From: Mobula hypostoma | Taxonomy: Eukaryota | Length of the DNA stretch: 64,000 nucleotides | Assembly: GCF_963921235.1 (NCBI RefSeq) | Contig: NC_086097.1 | Span: forward strand, 4,526,001 to 4,590,000 | Direction of reading: 5' to 3' | Part shown: in pieces, positions 1-12,759 of the stretch | Position numbering within the stretch: the stretch's first letter is position 1 | Layout: each line of letters begins with the position of its first letter | The notes under the pieces: generated by a model | The model's database searches: none | Told to the model about the DNA's origin: nothing | Seen by the model: only the letters and a program-made list of their open reading frames with translations | Translations under genes and position numbers: made by a program

Positions 1-83
1 GACATTGGCATTAAACCAACTGTGGTCACTACAGAAGCTTCTGTGCCTTTTTCATCGATGTTCAGCACGGCCTCGTGAACCAC
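1..83 (-). CDS. Clade A serpin last coding exon (partial, runs off window): hinge and reactive centre loop
   Basis: Not in the ORF track. Acceptor tttctctgctcctgtag|GTG, translation VVHEAVLNIDEKGTEASVVTTVGLMPM(S). Contains the EKGTEA hinge, and P1-P1' is Met-Ser by register with alpha-1-antitrypsin. Confidence 0.95.
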   Translation of the reverse strand, partial: MVHEAVLNIDEKGTEASVVTTVGLMPM

Positions 84-260
84 CTACAGGAGCAGAGAAA
101 GCAAGAAATCTGATTAATGAAGTTAACGTTCCTCTCAGCTGCTCAAATGGCGCTTCAGAAACAGGCTTAGTATTGGTTGTTTTGCTGCAGCAGTGTAATG
201 TATAATAAAATAACTCTAAATTATGATGAGAAATATATATAAATTAATGTAAATAAGTAG

Positions 261-790
261 TGTCAGGCCTCCACATGCAAGCTCCTTCCAGTCTCCATCC
301 AGCTAATAGGAGTCACTTGCCACTCATTTCCAATTCATCACCTTATTATTCCTCTCCACGGCCTGAGGCAACCTCGCCATGTCTTTAGCATTTCGTCTGT
401 ATTTTACGAAGCCAAGTTGCAAGCTTGATGCTCAACCCAGCACGGACAGAGGCCATGCAAGGATCCGTCCAGATTCGAACCAGGACCGCTCGCCTTGAAG
501 TCCAGTGCTGATGCCATTACGTCACCGGCCAGCAAACTCATCACCTGCAACTTATTTAAACCCAGCTGCCCCTCACAATCCTTGGTCACTCATGTGAGCC
601 AGCCAGCCAGCGTCAACCAGTTGCTCCTAACGCTCAGTTACCTCATTGCCTGTGTGCTTAGTATCTGTTCTCTCTCTTGTTTTCTGGCACTCATGGCTTG
701 TTTTGCAGCTGGTTATTAAAGTGATTGCTCGCCACTAAATTGCCTCCAATAGTTTGCTTTTGGGTCAAGCCTTCTCTATATTTCCTGACA
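261..790 (+). mobile_element. Solo LTR with 5-bp target site duplication
   Basis: Ends are a perfect 7-bp inverted pair, TGTCAGG...CCTGACA. Flanked by AGTAG at 256-260 and 791-795. ATTAAA at 715-720. Confidence 0.75.
344..534 (-). mobile_element. tRNA-derived SINE nested in the solo LTR
   Basis: Reverse complement begins gctggccggTGACGTAATGGcatcagcactggacttcaaggcgagcggtcctGGTTCGAATCtgg (A and B boxes). Flanked by aattcatcacct (332-343) and aactcatcacct (535-546). Confidence 0.75.
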
Positions 791-856
791 AGTAGTGCAG
801 AAGGACAGCAAAAAGACCTAGCTGTTTTACATTCATGCTAACCCTGAGCATCTCAT

Positions 857-1291
857 TGTCATAGTCATAGTCATACTTTATTGATCCTGGGGGAAATTGG
901 TTTTCGTTACATTTGCACCATAAATAATAACGAGTAATAGAACCATAAATAGTTAAATAGTAATATGTAAATTATACCAGTAAATTACGAAATAAGTCCA
1001 GGACCAGCCTATTGGCTCAGGGTGTCTGACCCTCCAAGGGAGGAGTTGTAAAGTTTGATGGCCACAGGCAGGAATGACTTCCTATGACGCTCAGTGTTGC
1101 ATCTCGGTGGAATGAGTCTCTGGCTGAATGTACTCCTGTGCCCACCCAGTACATTATGTAGTGGATGGGAGACATTGTCCAAGATGGCATGCAACTTGGA
1201 CAGCATCCTCTTTTCAGACACCACCGTCAGAGAGTCCAGTTCCATCCCCACAACATCACTGGCCTTACGAATGAGTTTGTTGATTCTGTTG
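857..1291 (-). mobile_element. Rex1/Babar-type LINE, 3' fragment
   Basis: ORF end RINKLIRKASDVVG...ILDNVSHPLH...RCNTERHRKSFLPVAIKLYN, with a (TATGAC)n-type tail at about 857-875. Confidence 0.75.
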
Positions 1292-1429
1292 GCATTCATC
1301 CAGCAATATACAAACAAGCAATAAATATTGAAGCAATAAACAGTTTTCTCAAAGAGTTCAGTGGGACAGGCAGCATCTGTGGGGGGAAAGGGATGGTCGG
1401 CGTTTTGGGTCAAGATTTTGTATCGGGAC

Positions 1430-2240
1430 TGTGACGGGATCCTGAATTATCCCTGTGAACTGTGCTTTTAAAAGAGAAAGAGAGAGAGATGTGTCCAACA
1501 CAGACACCTTGTTATTAAGAGACAGAGAGGCGAAGACTGCTTAGAGAGGCTGTTATGGTTTCTCTGCAGCATATTTACACTTCTGCCAGGACACTGGCAG
1601 CTTCTAAGTTCTTACAGAGGGAGAAGGGAGGAGCTACTTGATGGACAGTTGGTGTTTAGCACAACAGTATTTAAACCAGCGTAATTGCTTGTTTCACAGG
1701 ACACAGGACACGCAGACGCACAAGGGTGTGCTGAAGTTACCACTATCCTGTTCAAGTGCCCACGAGTGTGGGACTGAGGATCGATTACGAGGTATCTGTC
1801 TGTGTTTGCGACCTTGTGGAGTCTACTAGTGCATCTAACCCTTGCCTGAGTTGGTAGACTATCACTTGAAGACGGTGCTCTTAAGTTGGTCAAGTTTGGC
1901 TAACTTGGAAATTTCGGAGGACAGCGGAAGAATCAACGGCATCAACTTACGTGAACAAAAACAACACTCCTCCCTCTTCATCACTACTCAACTCAATACC
2001 ACTAACTGAACTGAACTTTACTCATCACCGTAACTGTATCCATTTACCCCTAGACTTGAAGAAGCTTGGTTTTCATATATTTCCACACTTATATAATCAT
2101 TGCTAACCTGTTTGAAATATCTGCATTTATATTACTGTATTGTGTAGTTACTAATAAATACCATTAGTTAATAGCAATACTGGACTCCAAAGTGTTTTCT
2201 ATTTCTGCTGGTTCTTTAACCCGTCATGGGGTACATGACA
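1430..2240 (+). mobile_element. Solo LTR (811 bp) with 4-bp target site duplication, probably Gypsy or ERV type
   Basis: TGT...ACA termini, GGAC at 1426-1429 and 2241-2244, AATAAA at 2153-2158, no credible ORF. Confidence 0.75.
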
Positions 2241-2469
2241 GGACAAACTGTCAGAAATACTCAGCAGGTCAGGCCACATCCTCGATAAGGGGAACATCTG
2301 AAGACCCTTCACACTGCTCCAGTTCTCACCATGTGGCCTGACTTGCATTTTCTGTATTCATTCTGGCCACGGAGTTGCACTCTCCAGCAACCTGCTGATC
2401 TTAACCCTAGCCTAATCATAGGACAGTTTATAGTAACCAATTAACCTATTAACTGGGACATTTAGAGCA

Positions 2470-4090
2470 ACTGGGCAAGGTTTAAATGAATATGTCAGAG
2501 GGATGGGAACCAGTATGATAGAGCTGAGGATGAGCCAGGAGGTTTACAAGTAGATGATGGATGTAACATGAATGTAAGGAAGGACAAGTCAGTGATTGAA
2601 GGTTCTGCATTTAAATGCGCGTAGCATTCGGGAAAAGGTGGATGAACTGGTGGTGCAATTAGAGATTGGTCAGTATGACGTTGTGGGCATCACTGAGTCA
2701 CGGCTGAAAGAAGGCTATAGATGGGAGCTTAACATCGAAGGATATACTTTGTATTGAAAGGACAGGAAAGAAGGCATAGGCGGTGGTGTGGCTATGTTGG
2801 TAAGAGATGGAATTTCATCTTTAGAAAGAGGTGACATAGACCATAAGACCATAACCCATTGGAGCAGGATTAATCCATTCAGCCTATTGAATCTGCACTG
2901 CCATTCCGCCATGGCTGATGACAGAACCTACTCAACCCTATACATCTGGCCTTCTCTCCATATCCCTGGATGTCCTGCATTTGGGAAGATGAGGCTGCTT
3001 AACAAGATAAAATCCTATGAAGTTACAGGAAAGATACCGGCATAGATAGAGGAATGGCTGACCGGCAGGAGGCAGTGAGTGGGAATAAAGGGGGCCTTTT
3101 CTGGTTGGCTGCTGGTGACTAGTTGTGTTCCTCAGGGGTCAGTATTGGGACCCCAACTTTTCACATTGTTTGTCATTGCTTTGGAAAATGTAATTGATAT
3201 CTTGGGGCAAGGTTTGCGGATGATATGAAGATAGGGGGAGAAGTAGGTAGTGCTGAGGAAGCAATGTGATTGTGACAGGACTTAGACAAATTGGAAGAAT
3301 GGGCAATAATGTGGCAGATGAAGCACAGTGTTGGGAAATGTATGATATTGCAATTTGATGAAAGGAACAATGTGCGGACTATTATCTAAATAGGGAGAAG
3401 GTTTAAGCATCAGAGGTGCAGAGGGACTTGGGAGTCCTTGTGCAAGACTCCAAGAAGGTTAACTTACAGGTGGAGTCTGTGGTGAAGAAGGCAAGTGCGA
3501 GGGGAATAGAATGGAAGAAAGGAGATAATGCTGAAGCTTTATAAAATGCTACTCAGATCGCACTTGGAGTATTGTCAACAGGTTTGGGCCCCATATCTCA
3601 GAAAGGATGTGTTATCATTGGACAGAGTCCAGAGGAGGTTCATGAGGATGATTCCAGGAATGAAGGGGTTAACATATGAGGAGTGTTTGGCAGCTTTGGG
3701 CCTGTACTCATTGTAATTGAGAAGAATGTGTGGGGATCTCATTGAATCCTAGCAAATGTTGAAAGGACTAGATAGGGTGGGTGTGGAGAGGACGTTTCCT
3801 ATGGTGGGGGTATCCAGAACTAGAAGGCAGAGCCTCAAAACTGAGGGGCAACCTTTTAGAACAGAAGATTTTTTTTTTTAGCCAGAGAGTGGTGAATCTG
3901 TGGAATGCTCTGCCACAGATGGTGATGGAAATCCGTGGGTATACTTAAGGCAGAAGTTGATCATTTCCTGACACAGCGAGAAGGCAGGTGTATGGGATTG
4001 AGTGGAATCCAGGATCAGCCATGATGGAATGGTGGAGAAGACTAGATGGGCTGAATGGCCTGATTCTGCACCTATATCTTCTGGTCTTAT
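2470..4090 (+). mobile_element. Degenerate CR1 LINE fragments
   Basis: Remnants of the endonuclease start and RT C-terminus (LKLYKMLLRSHLEYCQQVWAPYLRKD), plus a CR1 3' end (tggcctgattctgcacctatatctt). Confidence 0.85.
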
Positions 4091-5835
4091 GGCCTTTGGA
4101 CTGTGGGAGGAATGTAGAGCACCTGACAGAAACTCACATACACACAGCAACGTAGGAATGTACAAACCTGCGTACAGATGGTGTCTGAATTGAACCAGAA
4201 TGTGGTTGCCCTGAGCTGTAAAGGCTTCACGCTAACCACTGCACTACCGTGCTCTCTCAATTCAGGTTATCAGTATCAGCAAACTTTTAACTTTCAATAC
4301 ACAAATCTAATTAGCATTTAAAAAGTTTTATTCTTTTGATGCTTACCAAAGCTCAAACTTTTGAATTGTTCACAGATCATACTTCTTTAAGTTCTGAGTT
4401 GGTGGTTTACCAGTCCAAAGTTTGGAATGACTATTGAGCATTTCAATAAAAAATTACCATAAATAAATGTTAAAAATTGACTTTTGGGCAGGGCAGATAG
4501 GAATGGTGCATGCTTTTCAGTAAGGTTTAATGGTGCAGAGTTACTCTGTCAGATGTACAGAATGAACCATTTGCAAGGTTCTTAACACCATGTCAAAGGA
4601 AAGTTCAGGATTATTCCTTCACTGGGACCTCGAATCTTTTCCTGATATTAACTGCTTATTATTTCATGAAGACAAAGGGGATGGTTATGAACTTCAGGAG
4701 AACTCACACCACTCACACCCCCTTTTCATCATCAGCATCGCGGTGGGAACTGTGAGCAGTTTCAAACTCCTGGGAGTGCACATCTCGCACAACCTCTCAT
4801 TCCAGTGGATGGCAGTATTGAGGAACTGATAACACTGGGCCATTTAATACTCATAAACACAAGAGATTCTGCAAATGCTGGAAATCCAGAGCAACGCACG
4901 CAAAACGTTGGTGAAACTCAGCAAGTCAGGCAGCATCTATGGAAATGAACAAGGCAGGACTTGTGAAGGGTCTTGGCCTAACATTTTGACTGTTTGTTCC
5001 TTACCATTAGATACTGCCTAACCTTCTGAGTTCCTCCACCACTTTTCAGCTATATTTACCAGCGTTCAAGGTATAGACCTGTGAGAAACACTGTGGGTGG
5101 ATTTCCTTGGCACAACTCCTTTGTTGGAGCTGACATTCTGAGATCTAAACTAAAGTGTAAAGATACAGGAAAGGAACAATGTAGATCTGAGCTGTTTCTG
5201 GGTGGGGGGGGTGGTGGCGGATACCAAGAATCTTAAAACAGTGCATTCCTTTTCAGTCTCAGTCTTTCCAAGCATCTCACTATTTTTAATAATCTTATGT
5301 CTGCTTTCTTCTCAGTATTTCATCTTAGCGTTGAAAAGTTTTGCCTGTTAAGTTTTCTATGGACATAAGCAACATTAAATGCTGTTGGAGATGCAGCAAC
5401 AACCCAGATTGTACAGTCTGTAGTTTGGTAATGAAATCAAATCAGAACACTTCACCTCTTATTATCATCATAAGACATACAAGCTGAATTAGCACCATCG
5501 AGTCAGCCCTACCATTCGATCAAGGCAATTTTTGCCTCTCAACTCTTTCCTTCTCCCTGTAACCTTTGACATCCTTGCCAATCAAGAACCTGTCAATCTC
5601 TGCTTTAAATATACTAATTCCATGGATTAACCACATTCTGGCTAAAGAAAATTCCCCTGCTCTGTTCCAAAGTGATGCCCCTGTATTTTGAAGCCTTGCC
5701 CTCTGGTCTTGGACATTCCCACTACTGGAAACATCTTTTATACTTAAATTCTAAATACTGTAGTTTTGTCAATATTCAGTCTCTGGACCCATTCCTGACT
5801 CTAGTGATTCTTGAACTACTACGACTAATTTGAGT

Positions 5836-6112
5836 TTATTTATTTAGATACACAGCAGAACAGGCACTTTCAACCCTTCGAGCTTTACCGCCCGCAGTTC
5901 CCCCAATTTAACCCCGGCCTAAGCATGGGACCATTTACAATAACTAATTAACCTACCGACTGGTATGTGCTTGGCCTGTAGGAGGAAACTGGAGCACCTG
6001 GAGGAAACCCAAGTGATCACAGGGAGAAATTCCAGACTCCTTACCGACAGTGGCAGGAACTGGATACGGGTTGCTACTACTGTAAAATGTTGTGCTAATT
6101 ACAACGCTACCC
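5836..6112 (-). mobile_element. V-SINE (HE1-like) copy. Related copies at about 18118-18385, 21222-21482, 28160-28436 and 39770-40012
   Basis: Recurrent core ggaggaaac(c/t)ggagcacctggaggaaaccc, the reverse complement of the V-domain, with shared head and tail in all copies. Confidence 0.7.
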
Positions 6113-6704
6113 TGCTTCTCCATTCTCTTCACCTCCCTCTCCTCCATAGATGCTGCCTGACCTGCTGAACTCTTCCAGTATTTTGTGTGTGTTACTCTAG
6201 ATTTCCAGCATCTGCAGAACCTCTTGTGTTTATGGTTTGTTCCTCTTCTAGAATCTTCGAGAATAGTCCATCCGTTTGAACTGATCTATTCACCTTCAGA
6301 TCTTTCAGCTCTCTAAGCACCACCTGACTACACTCACTTTGGTGCCTGATTCACAAAGTTCTGACATGTTTCTGACATCTTCCACACTAACACAAAATAC
6401 TTATTCATTTCATCTGCCGTTTCTATGTTCCCCATTACTACTTGTGAAGGATCACTCTGCTGTATTTCGGTGTTCACTGTGTGTCTCTTTGGGCAGATGG
6501 TATTAGCTTGCTGCGTACACAGTGGTTAGAATGCACTCTGTATCTGTTGGCTCTTTGAAGTCCCTCCCTTCCTTAATCCCCAGTTGTGGGTGGTGTTTAT
6601 CAGGGAGGAAGACATTATTCCTGTATTGCAAACATAAGAGGTTCTGCACTTCCTGGGAGAGCTCATTCCTCACAACCTCACATTGTCTTAAAACACATCC
6701 TACA

Positions 6705-7230
6705 CAATCTGGAAAGCTCACCAACACCTCTACTCTCAGAGGGGGCTGAGGAGAGCTACACTATACACATTTAATCTCATGTCCTTCTGCAGATGTGCAC
6801 TAGAGAGCTTCCAAACAAGCTGTATCACTGCATGGCATGGCATGGAAGCAGCAATTGTGGTGGACTGGGAGGCTCTACAACAGGCAGTCAAAATGCCCAT
6901 CGCATCACTGGCATCAGCCTACCCACCATCAAGGACACACAGTGTATAGAAAAATGCATTGGAAAAGGGTCAGTAACATCTTAAAGGATCCCACCCACCC
7001 TGCTCATGGACTGCTTGTCGGGAAGAAACTATATAGTATCCACACCAGGACCACCAGACTCAAAAACAGCTACTTTCCCCAAGCAGTAAGGCTGATCAAC
7101 ACCTCTACTCACTAACCCCCCCCCTCTCCACACCCCCAACCACCACTACTTTATCATTTCCTGTCAGACACCTTATGTACAGACACTCCTGTGCCTAGCG
7201 TCACTTTATGGACATACAACCATAAACCTA
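6705..7230 (+). mobile_element. Rex1/Babar-type LINE 3' fragment. Related fragments at about 16550-16720, 29920-30240 and 55780-56010 (-)
   Basis: ILKDPTHPAHGL...IHTRTTRLKNSYFPQAVRLIN is shared among the copies. Confidence 0.75.
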
Positions 7231-7283
7231 TGAACACTATCTTATTGCCCTTTTTTCTATTTTTGCTCTACTTAGTTAATTCA

Positions 7284-10200
7284 TCATCATCATCATCATC
7301 ATCATCAGGTGCCGTGCCCAGTTTGAGTTTTGACTGCCATGGCCCACACACTCCTGTTTCAGGTCAAGTGGATCAATTCATTGGTATTCATTTCCAGTTC
7401 TCTGGCTACTGTCTCCATTATCATTTGTCTTTGTCTTCCTCTTGCTTTCTTCCCTTCAATCTTTCCCATAATTACCGTGCATTCTAACTCCTCTTTCCTA
7501 ATCACATGTCCAATGAAGTTACGTCACCTTCTCATGATCTCATACATTATTTCTCTTTTTGTGTTTGCTCTGTTCATGACATCCTCGTTAGATATTCATT
7601 TCATCCATGATATTCTTTGCATCCTCCTCAAAAACCACATCTCTGCTGCTTCAATTCATTTCCTCATGTTACAAGATATTGTCCAACATTCTGAGCCATA
7701 TAACATAACTGGATAAACATAACATTTCAGTACTCTGAGGTGGGTTGTCATGCCTAATTTAGTATTGGTCAGTATACTCTTCATTCTCGTAAAGGTGTCT
7801 TTTGCCATCCCTATTCTTCTTTTGATGTCCATATCGCACCTGCCATCTGATGTCACCCAGCTTCCTAAGTAGCAAAAGTTCTGTACTTGTTTTATGTCTT
7901 CCCCGTTTATTCTCAGCCTGCAGACAGGATTCTCCTTCTTTTTGGATATCACCATACATTCTATCTTTTTGCAATTGATAGATAGACCATTTATGCACTT
8001 TCTTCAACAATTATATCAATTAGGTTTTGTAGTTCTTCCTCCGTACTTGCAATTAACACAGTGTCATCTGCATATCTGAAATTATTGATGTTTTCACCGC
8101 CAACTTTGATTCCCAAAATGTCTCTTATTTTTTGTAATATTGTTTCACTGTGCACATTAAATAAATCAGGGAAGAAAACACACCCTTGTCTAATGCCTAT
8201 CTTGATTCTCGTAAACTGACTCACTTCTCCATCTATTTTTATAGCGGCAGTTTGTTCCCAGTACAGATTTCTGATTAGGCGGAGGTCTTTGGAATCTAGA
8301 TCTAGAGTTTTCTGTAATATTTCAAATAACTTATTGTGCTTCACTTTATCAAATGCTTTTGTGTAGTCGATAAAACAAATAAACAAATCTTTTTGCACTT
8401 GAATAGCTCATTCTGATAGTATCCTTAACATCAATATTGCGTTTCTTGTACCTTTGTCTTTCACAAAACCTCATTGTTCTTTACCTATAGGCGATAATTT
8501 GTTCTATTACTAGTTCATCAGGACCTGCTGCCTTTCCTTTCTTCATCTTATTTATTGCATTATGAACTTCAGATTTAAAAATACTTGGACCTTCTATGTT
8601 TTTCTTAATTTCTGGTTTTTCGCCTCGATTGTCTTCAAACAATTCCTGAATATACTCAGTCCATCTGTTCATAATCTCATCTTTTTCCATGATAATGGTA
8701 CTGTCCTTTGCTTTCAAACATCCACCTGAAGAACAGAGGAGCTTTTTACCAGTGATATTCTTGATTTGTTGATTTAACCCTTTTGGATCAGTAATAGGGA
8801 TTCTTTCTATTTGCTCACATTCCTGGTTTAACCATTCTTCTTTGGCTTTTTGACATAAGTTTTTAACTTTTTTATCTAAGGACTTATATTCTATAGGATT
8901 TGCTTTCTTCCGTCTTCTTTCTTCTATTAGATTTTTGATTTCATCTGTCATCCATTTATTCTTTGTGCTTTTTTCTTTTTTAGGAATCACTGACTTTGCC
9001 GATTCTACCAAGGTATCCTTTAGAGAGTTAAATTTCATTTCTACGTGATTGCTATCATCTTCAACAGATTCTATTTCTAGAATTTGAAATCTATTCTTTA
9101 CTTCAATTGTAAATTTTTGTCAAGTTTTCTTCTTTAAGAGATTGTTCAGGTTTTTACTTCTTTAGTTTTTTAAGTTTTACTTTTACATGACATATTACTG
9201 GGTTATGGTCACTATTACAGTTTGCACCTGGATATGTTTTGCATTCAGTCACTGAGTTTATAGTAATAAAGTCAATTTGATTTCTAGTGTTATCACCTGG
9301 ACTTTTCCAGGTCCACAAGCGTCTTGGGTGGTTTTTAAAGTAGGTATTCATAATGACCTGATTATTCATCTTGCACTATTCTACCCATTTCTCACCTCTT
9401 TCATTTCTTTCCCCTAGTCCAAATTTTCCTACGGTATCTCCATCAGCACCTTGTCCTCCTAGATCTCCCATGACAATAACAGTATCTTGAGATTTGCATC
9501 CATTCTTTGCTTGTTCAAGCTCTTCATAGAATTTATCTATATCCTCATTTGTTCCATCTGTTGTTGGTGCATATACCTGTATAATTGCTAAATCGAATGG
9601 TTGTCCTCTGAATCTAACAAGGAGCACTCTTTCTGATATTGCCCAATATCCTAAAACACTTTTTGCCATGTTTTCATCCATAAGAATTCCACTCCATTAG
9701 TATGGGATGTTCCACAAGAATAGATTAGTGTCTTATTTCTACTCTGGCATGTTCCAGCACCTATCCAACGAACTTCGCTAATTCCCATGATGTTAATCTT
9801 TAGTCTTTCCATTTCATTTATCACATTGTCCAATCTTCCTGCTTGATATAGGGTTCTTACATTCCAAGTGGCAATAATTTTCTTTTGTGTTACTTGAATT
9901 TTATGAGCAATAGCTTGATGATGGTCGGGGATCCCCTGCTGACCAGAATCAACCCTACCGAGTGAAGCATCTTCAGAATTGTCTTGAAGATCTCTTGACA
10001 CTGTTGTTGTGTGATACATTTTGTGAGTTTGACCATGGTTTTCTGAGCAAATAGATTCTAGGAAACCTAGTAACCAGCAACCGTGGTTTGCTGTTGCCTA
10101 CCATTGGTCGAACTAAAGAAATCGCTATTTCTCTTCCCAAATGTTCATCCGCCTGTACTATAGCCGTTGACATTTGAGGTCCTAGCTCATCCACCTTCTC

Positions 10201-10409
10201 CATCATAAGTTCAGTTACTGAACCTGCCAGATCTGCCATTGGCCTTTGCTCATATCCTGAGCAGGAACCCTTGCAGGTGCTGCTGTTCCAAGCCAGAGCG
10301 CCCTGGGAGCAATGAATGACTAAGGGGTAACTCCACTTTCCCCAAAGCTCTGGAAGTCCCCAATCAGAGCCTCATCACCGGTTGCAATTTAGAGTCATAC
10401 GTAGGATGT
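7284..10409 (-). mobile_element. Near full-length RTE-clade LINE (APE endonuclease + RT), frameshifted
   Basis: IATWNVRTLYQAG..GISEVRW, IIQVYAPT, VMGD, SDH, FIDYTKAFDKV, GIRQGC, FRYADD and LYGSECWT. (CAT)n tail at 7282-7307. Near-duplicated flanks ttagttaattca (7272-7283) and ttatttaattca (10410-10421). Confidence 0.92.
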
Positions 10410-10427
10410 TTATTTAATTCACCTTTT

Positions 10428-10430
<3 letters not shown>

Positions 10431-10474
<44 letters not shown>
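10431..10474. repeat. (AT)n microsatellite
   Basis: Read directly from the sequence. Confidence 0.97.
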
Positions 10475-10480
<6 letters not shown>

Positions 10481-10585
10481 GTCATTTATATTTTAATTAT
10501 TATGCATTACAATGTACAGCTGCTGCATAACAACAAATTTCTCAATATATGCCAGTGATTTAAAACTGATTCTGATACAATCAGT

Positions 10586-10614
10586 CTATATGTGTGTGTG
10601 TATGTGTGTGCGTA

Positions 10615-10667
<53 letters not shown>

Positions 10668-10703
10668 ATATATATATTATATACACACACACATACACAC
10701 ACA
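10586..10703. repeat. Compound (TG)n/(TA)n/(CA)n microsatellite
   Basis: Read directly from the sequence. Confidence 0.95.
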
Positions 10704-10736
10704 CTATCTTATGTATTTATATTTATTGTGTTTTTA

Positions 10737-11460
10737 TGTAACACCCTCATGCAAGACGATCCTTTTTTTTTAACATAGTTATGCTGTTGGGCATTTTTTT
10801 TTGAAGATCACCTCAAAATGCAAATCTATATAAAAAGAAGTATTCCTTTAATTACATTATACAATAGAGTATTTCAGTTTTGCTGTTTAAGATAAATTTT
10901 CCAGTTGATTAATAAGTTAGGCTTGTTGAATTAGCCAATAGGATTTGTCTTGTTAACATTTCAGCCAATAAGATGCCCCAGAGAAAAAAGCAGTAATGGG
11001 TAGCCATTCTGGAGAGAGCTTGGGAGTAAAGAAGTTTCAAGAAAGATGGAGAAAGATGGGGAAGAGAAACGGACAATGAACATAAATGCTCAGAGAAATA
11101 AATTTGGAAGGACAGATACAGATGTCAGAAAATCCTCATGTAGACTATGGTTTTCTGGAGAATGTGCAGATAACTTACAGTCAGCTAACTAGCACATGAC
11201 CTTGGAGAGAGGGCAAGAGGAGACAGATATTTATTTTTCTATTTTTAACTTGGTCGGGTTCTTCAGCGCAGAACCGTTTTGGCACTGTGAGTAAGGAAAG
11301 TGTAGCAACTGGATTGATTAAGCAGCAATGAGCTCCAAAGATTATGTGCACGCTATAGACTGACATCTATGTAATGGGCCCTTTTCTTTATTTTGTTTGA
11401 TGTAGTTTAAAATATTTTCCCAATACAATTTCAATTCAAGTTTACATTGGTGTGAGTTAA
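10737..11460 (+). mobile_element. Probable LTR fragment, related to 48853-49525 (-)
   Basis: Starts TGTAAC. Shares blocks (agttatgctgt, agccaat, gagctccaa..ttatgtgca, tgtaatgggcccttt) in the same order with the reverse complement of 48853-49525. Confidence 0.5.
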
Positions 11461-11471
11461 ACTCTTTACTT

Positions 11472-12642
11472 CCTGCACAATACAGGCCCTTTGGCCCACA
11501 AAGTTGTGCCGAACATGTCCCTACCTTAGAAATTACTAGGCTTACCCATAGCCCTCTATTTATCTAAGCTCCATGTACCTATCCAAAAGTCTCTTAAAAG
11601 ACCCTATCGTATCCACCTCCACCACGGTTGCCAGCAGCCCATTCCACGCACTCATCACTCTCTGCTTAGAAAACTTACCCCGACATCTCCTCTGTACCTG
11701 CTCCCAAGCACCTTAAAACTGTGCCCTCGTGTGGCAACCATTTCAGCCCTGGGAAAAAGCCTCTGACTATCCACATGATCAATGCCTCTCATCATCTTAT
11801 ACGCCTCTATCAGGTCACCTCTCATCCTCCGCCGCTCCAAGGAGAAAAGGCCGAGTTCAATCAATCTGTTTTCATAAGGCATGCTCCCCAATCCAGGCAA
11901 CATCCTTGTAAGTCTCCTCTGCACCCTTTCTATGGTTTCCACATCCTTCCTGTAGTGAGGCGACCAGAACTGAGCACAGTACTCCAAGTGGGGTCTGACC
12001 AGGGTCCTATATAGCTGCAACATTACCTCTCAGCTCCTAAATTCAATTCCACGATTGATGAAGGCCAATACACCGTACGCCTTCTTAACCACAGAGTCAA
12101 ACTGCACAGCTGCTTTGAGCGTCCTATGGACTCAGACCCCAAGATCCCTCTGATCCTCCACACTGCCAAGAATCTTACCATTAATATTATATTCTGCCAT
12201 CATATTTGATCTACCAAAATGAACCACTTCACAATTATCTGGGTTGAAAACCATTTGCCACTTCTCAGCCCAGTTTTGCATCCTATCAATATCCGGCTGT
12301 AACCTCTGACAGCCCTCCACACTATCCACAACACCTCCAACCTCTGTGTCATCAGAATTCCTCTACTTGCTCATCCAGGTCATTTATAAAAATCACGAAG
12401 CGTAAGGGTGCCAGGACAGATCCCTGAGGCACCGAGCTCCATGCAGAATATGACCCATCTACAACCACTCTTTGCCTTCTGTGGGCACCCAGTTCTGGAT
12501 CCACAAAGCAATGGATCCCATGGATCCCTTGGATCCCATGCCTCCTTACTTTCTCAATAAGCCTTGCATGGGGTACTTTATCCACTGCCTTGCTGAAATC
12601 CATATACACTACATCTACTGTTCTTCCTTCATCAATGTGTTT
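11472..12642 (-). mobile_element. CR1 LINE 3' part, same subfamily as 44460-47127
   Basis: DVVYMDFSKAVDKVPH, VPQGSVL, LQLYRTLVRPHLEYCAQFWSPHYRKD, and a shared 3' UTR (ctagtaatttctaaggtagggacatg). Confidence 0.9.
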
Positions 12643-12759
12643 AGTGTTTATTATTGTGTTCTTTATCTTATTGTGTTTTTTTTTGCTTCTTTGGATCTGG
12701 AGTAACAATGATTTCATTCTCCTTTTCACTTGTGTACTGGAAATGATATTAAACAATCT

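Noticed and set aside
460..533. Selenocysteine or opal-suppressor tRNA (apparent TCA anticodon, minus strand)
   Set aside because: Stems are imperfect, there is no long variable arm, and it has a SINE body with a TSD. TCA is plausibly CpG decay of an Arg-TCG-derived head.
10507..10778. Short ORFs with YI/CV/TH repeats
   Set aside because: Microsatellite translation artefacts.
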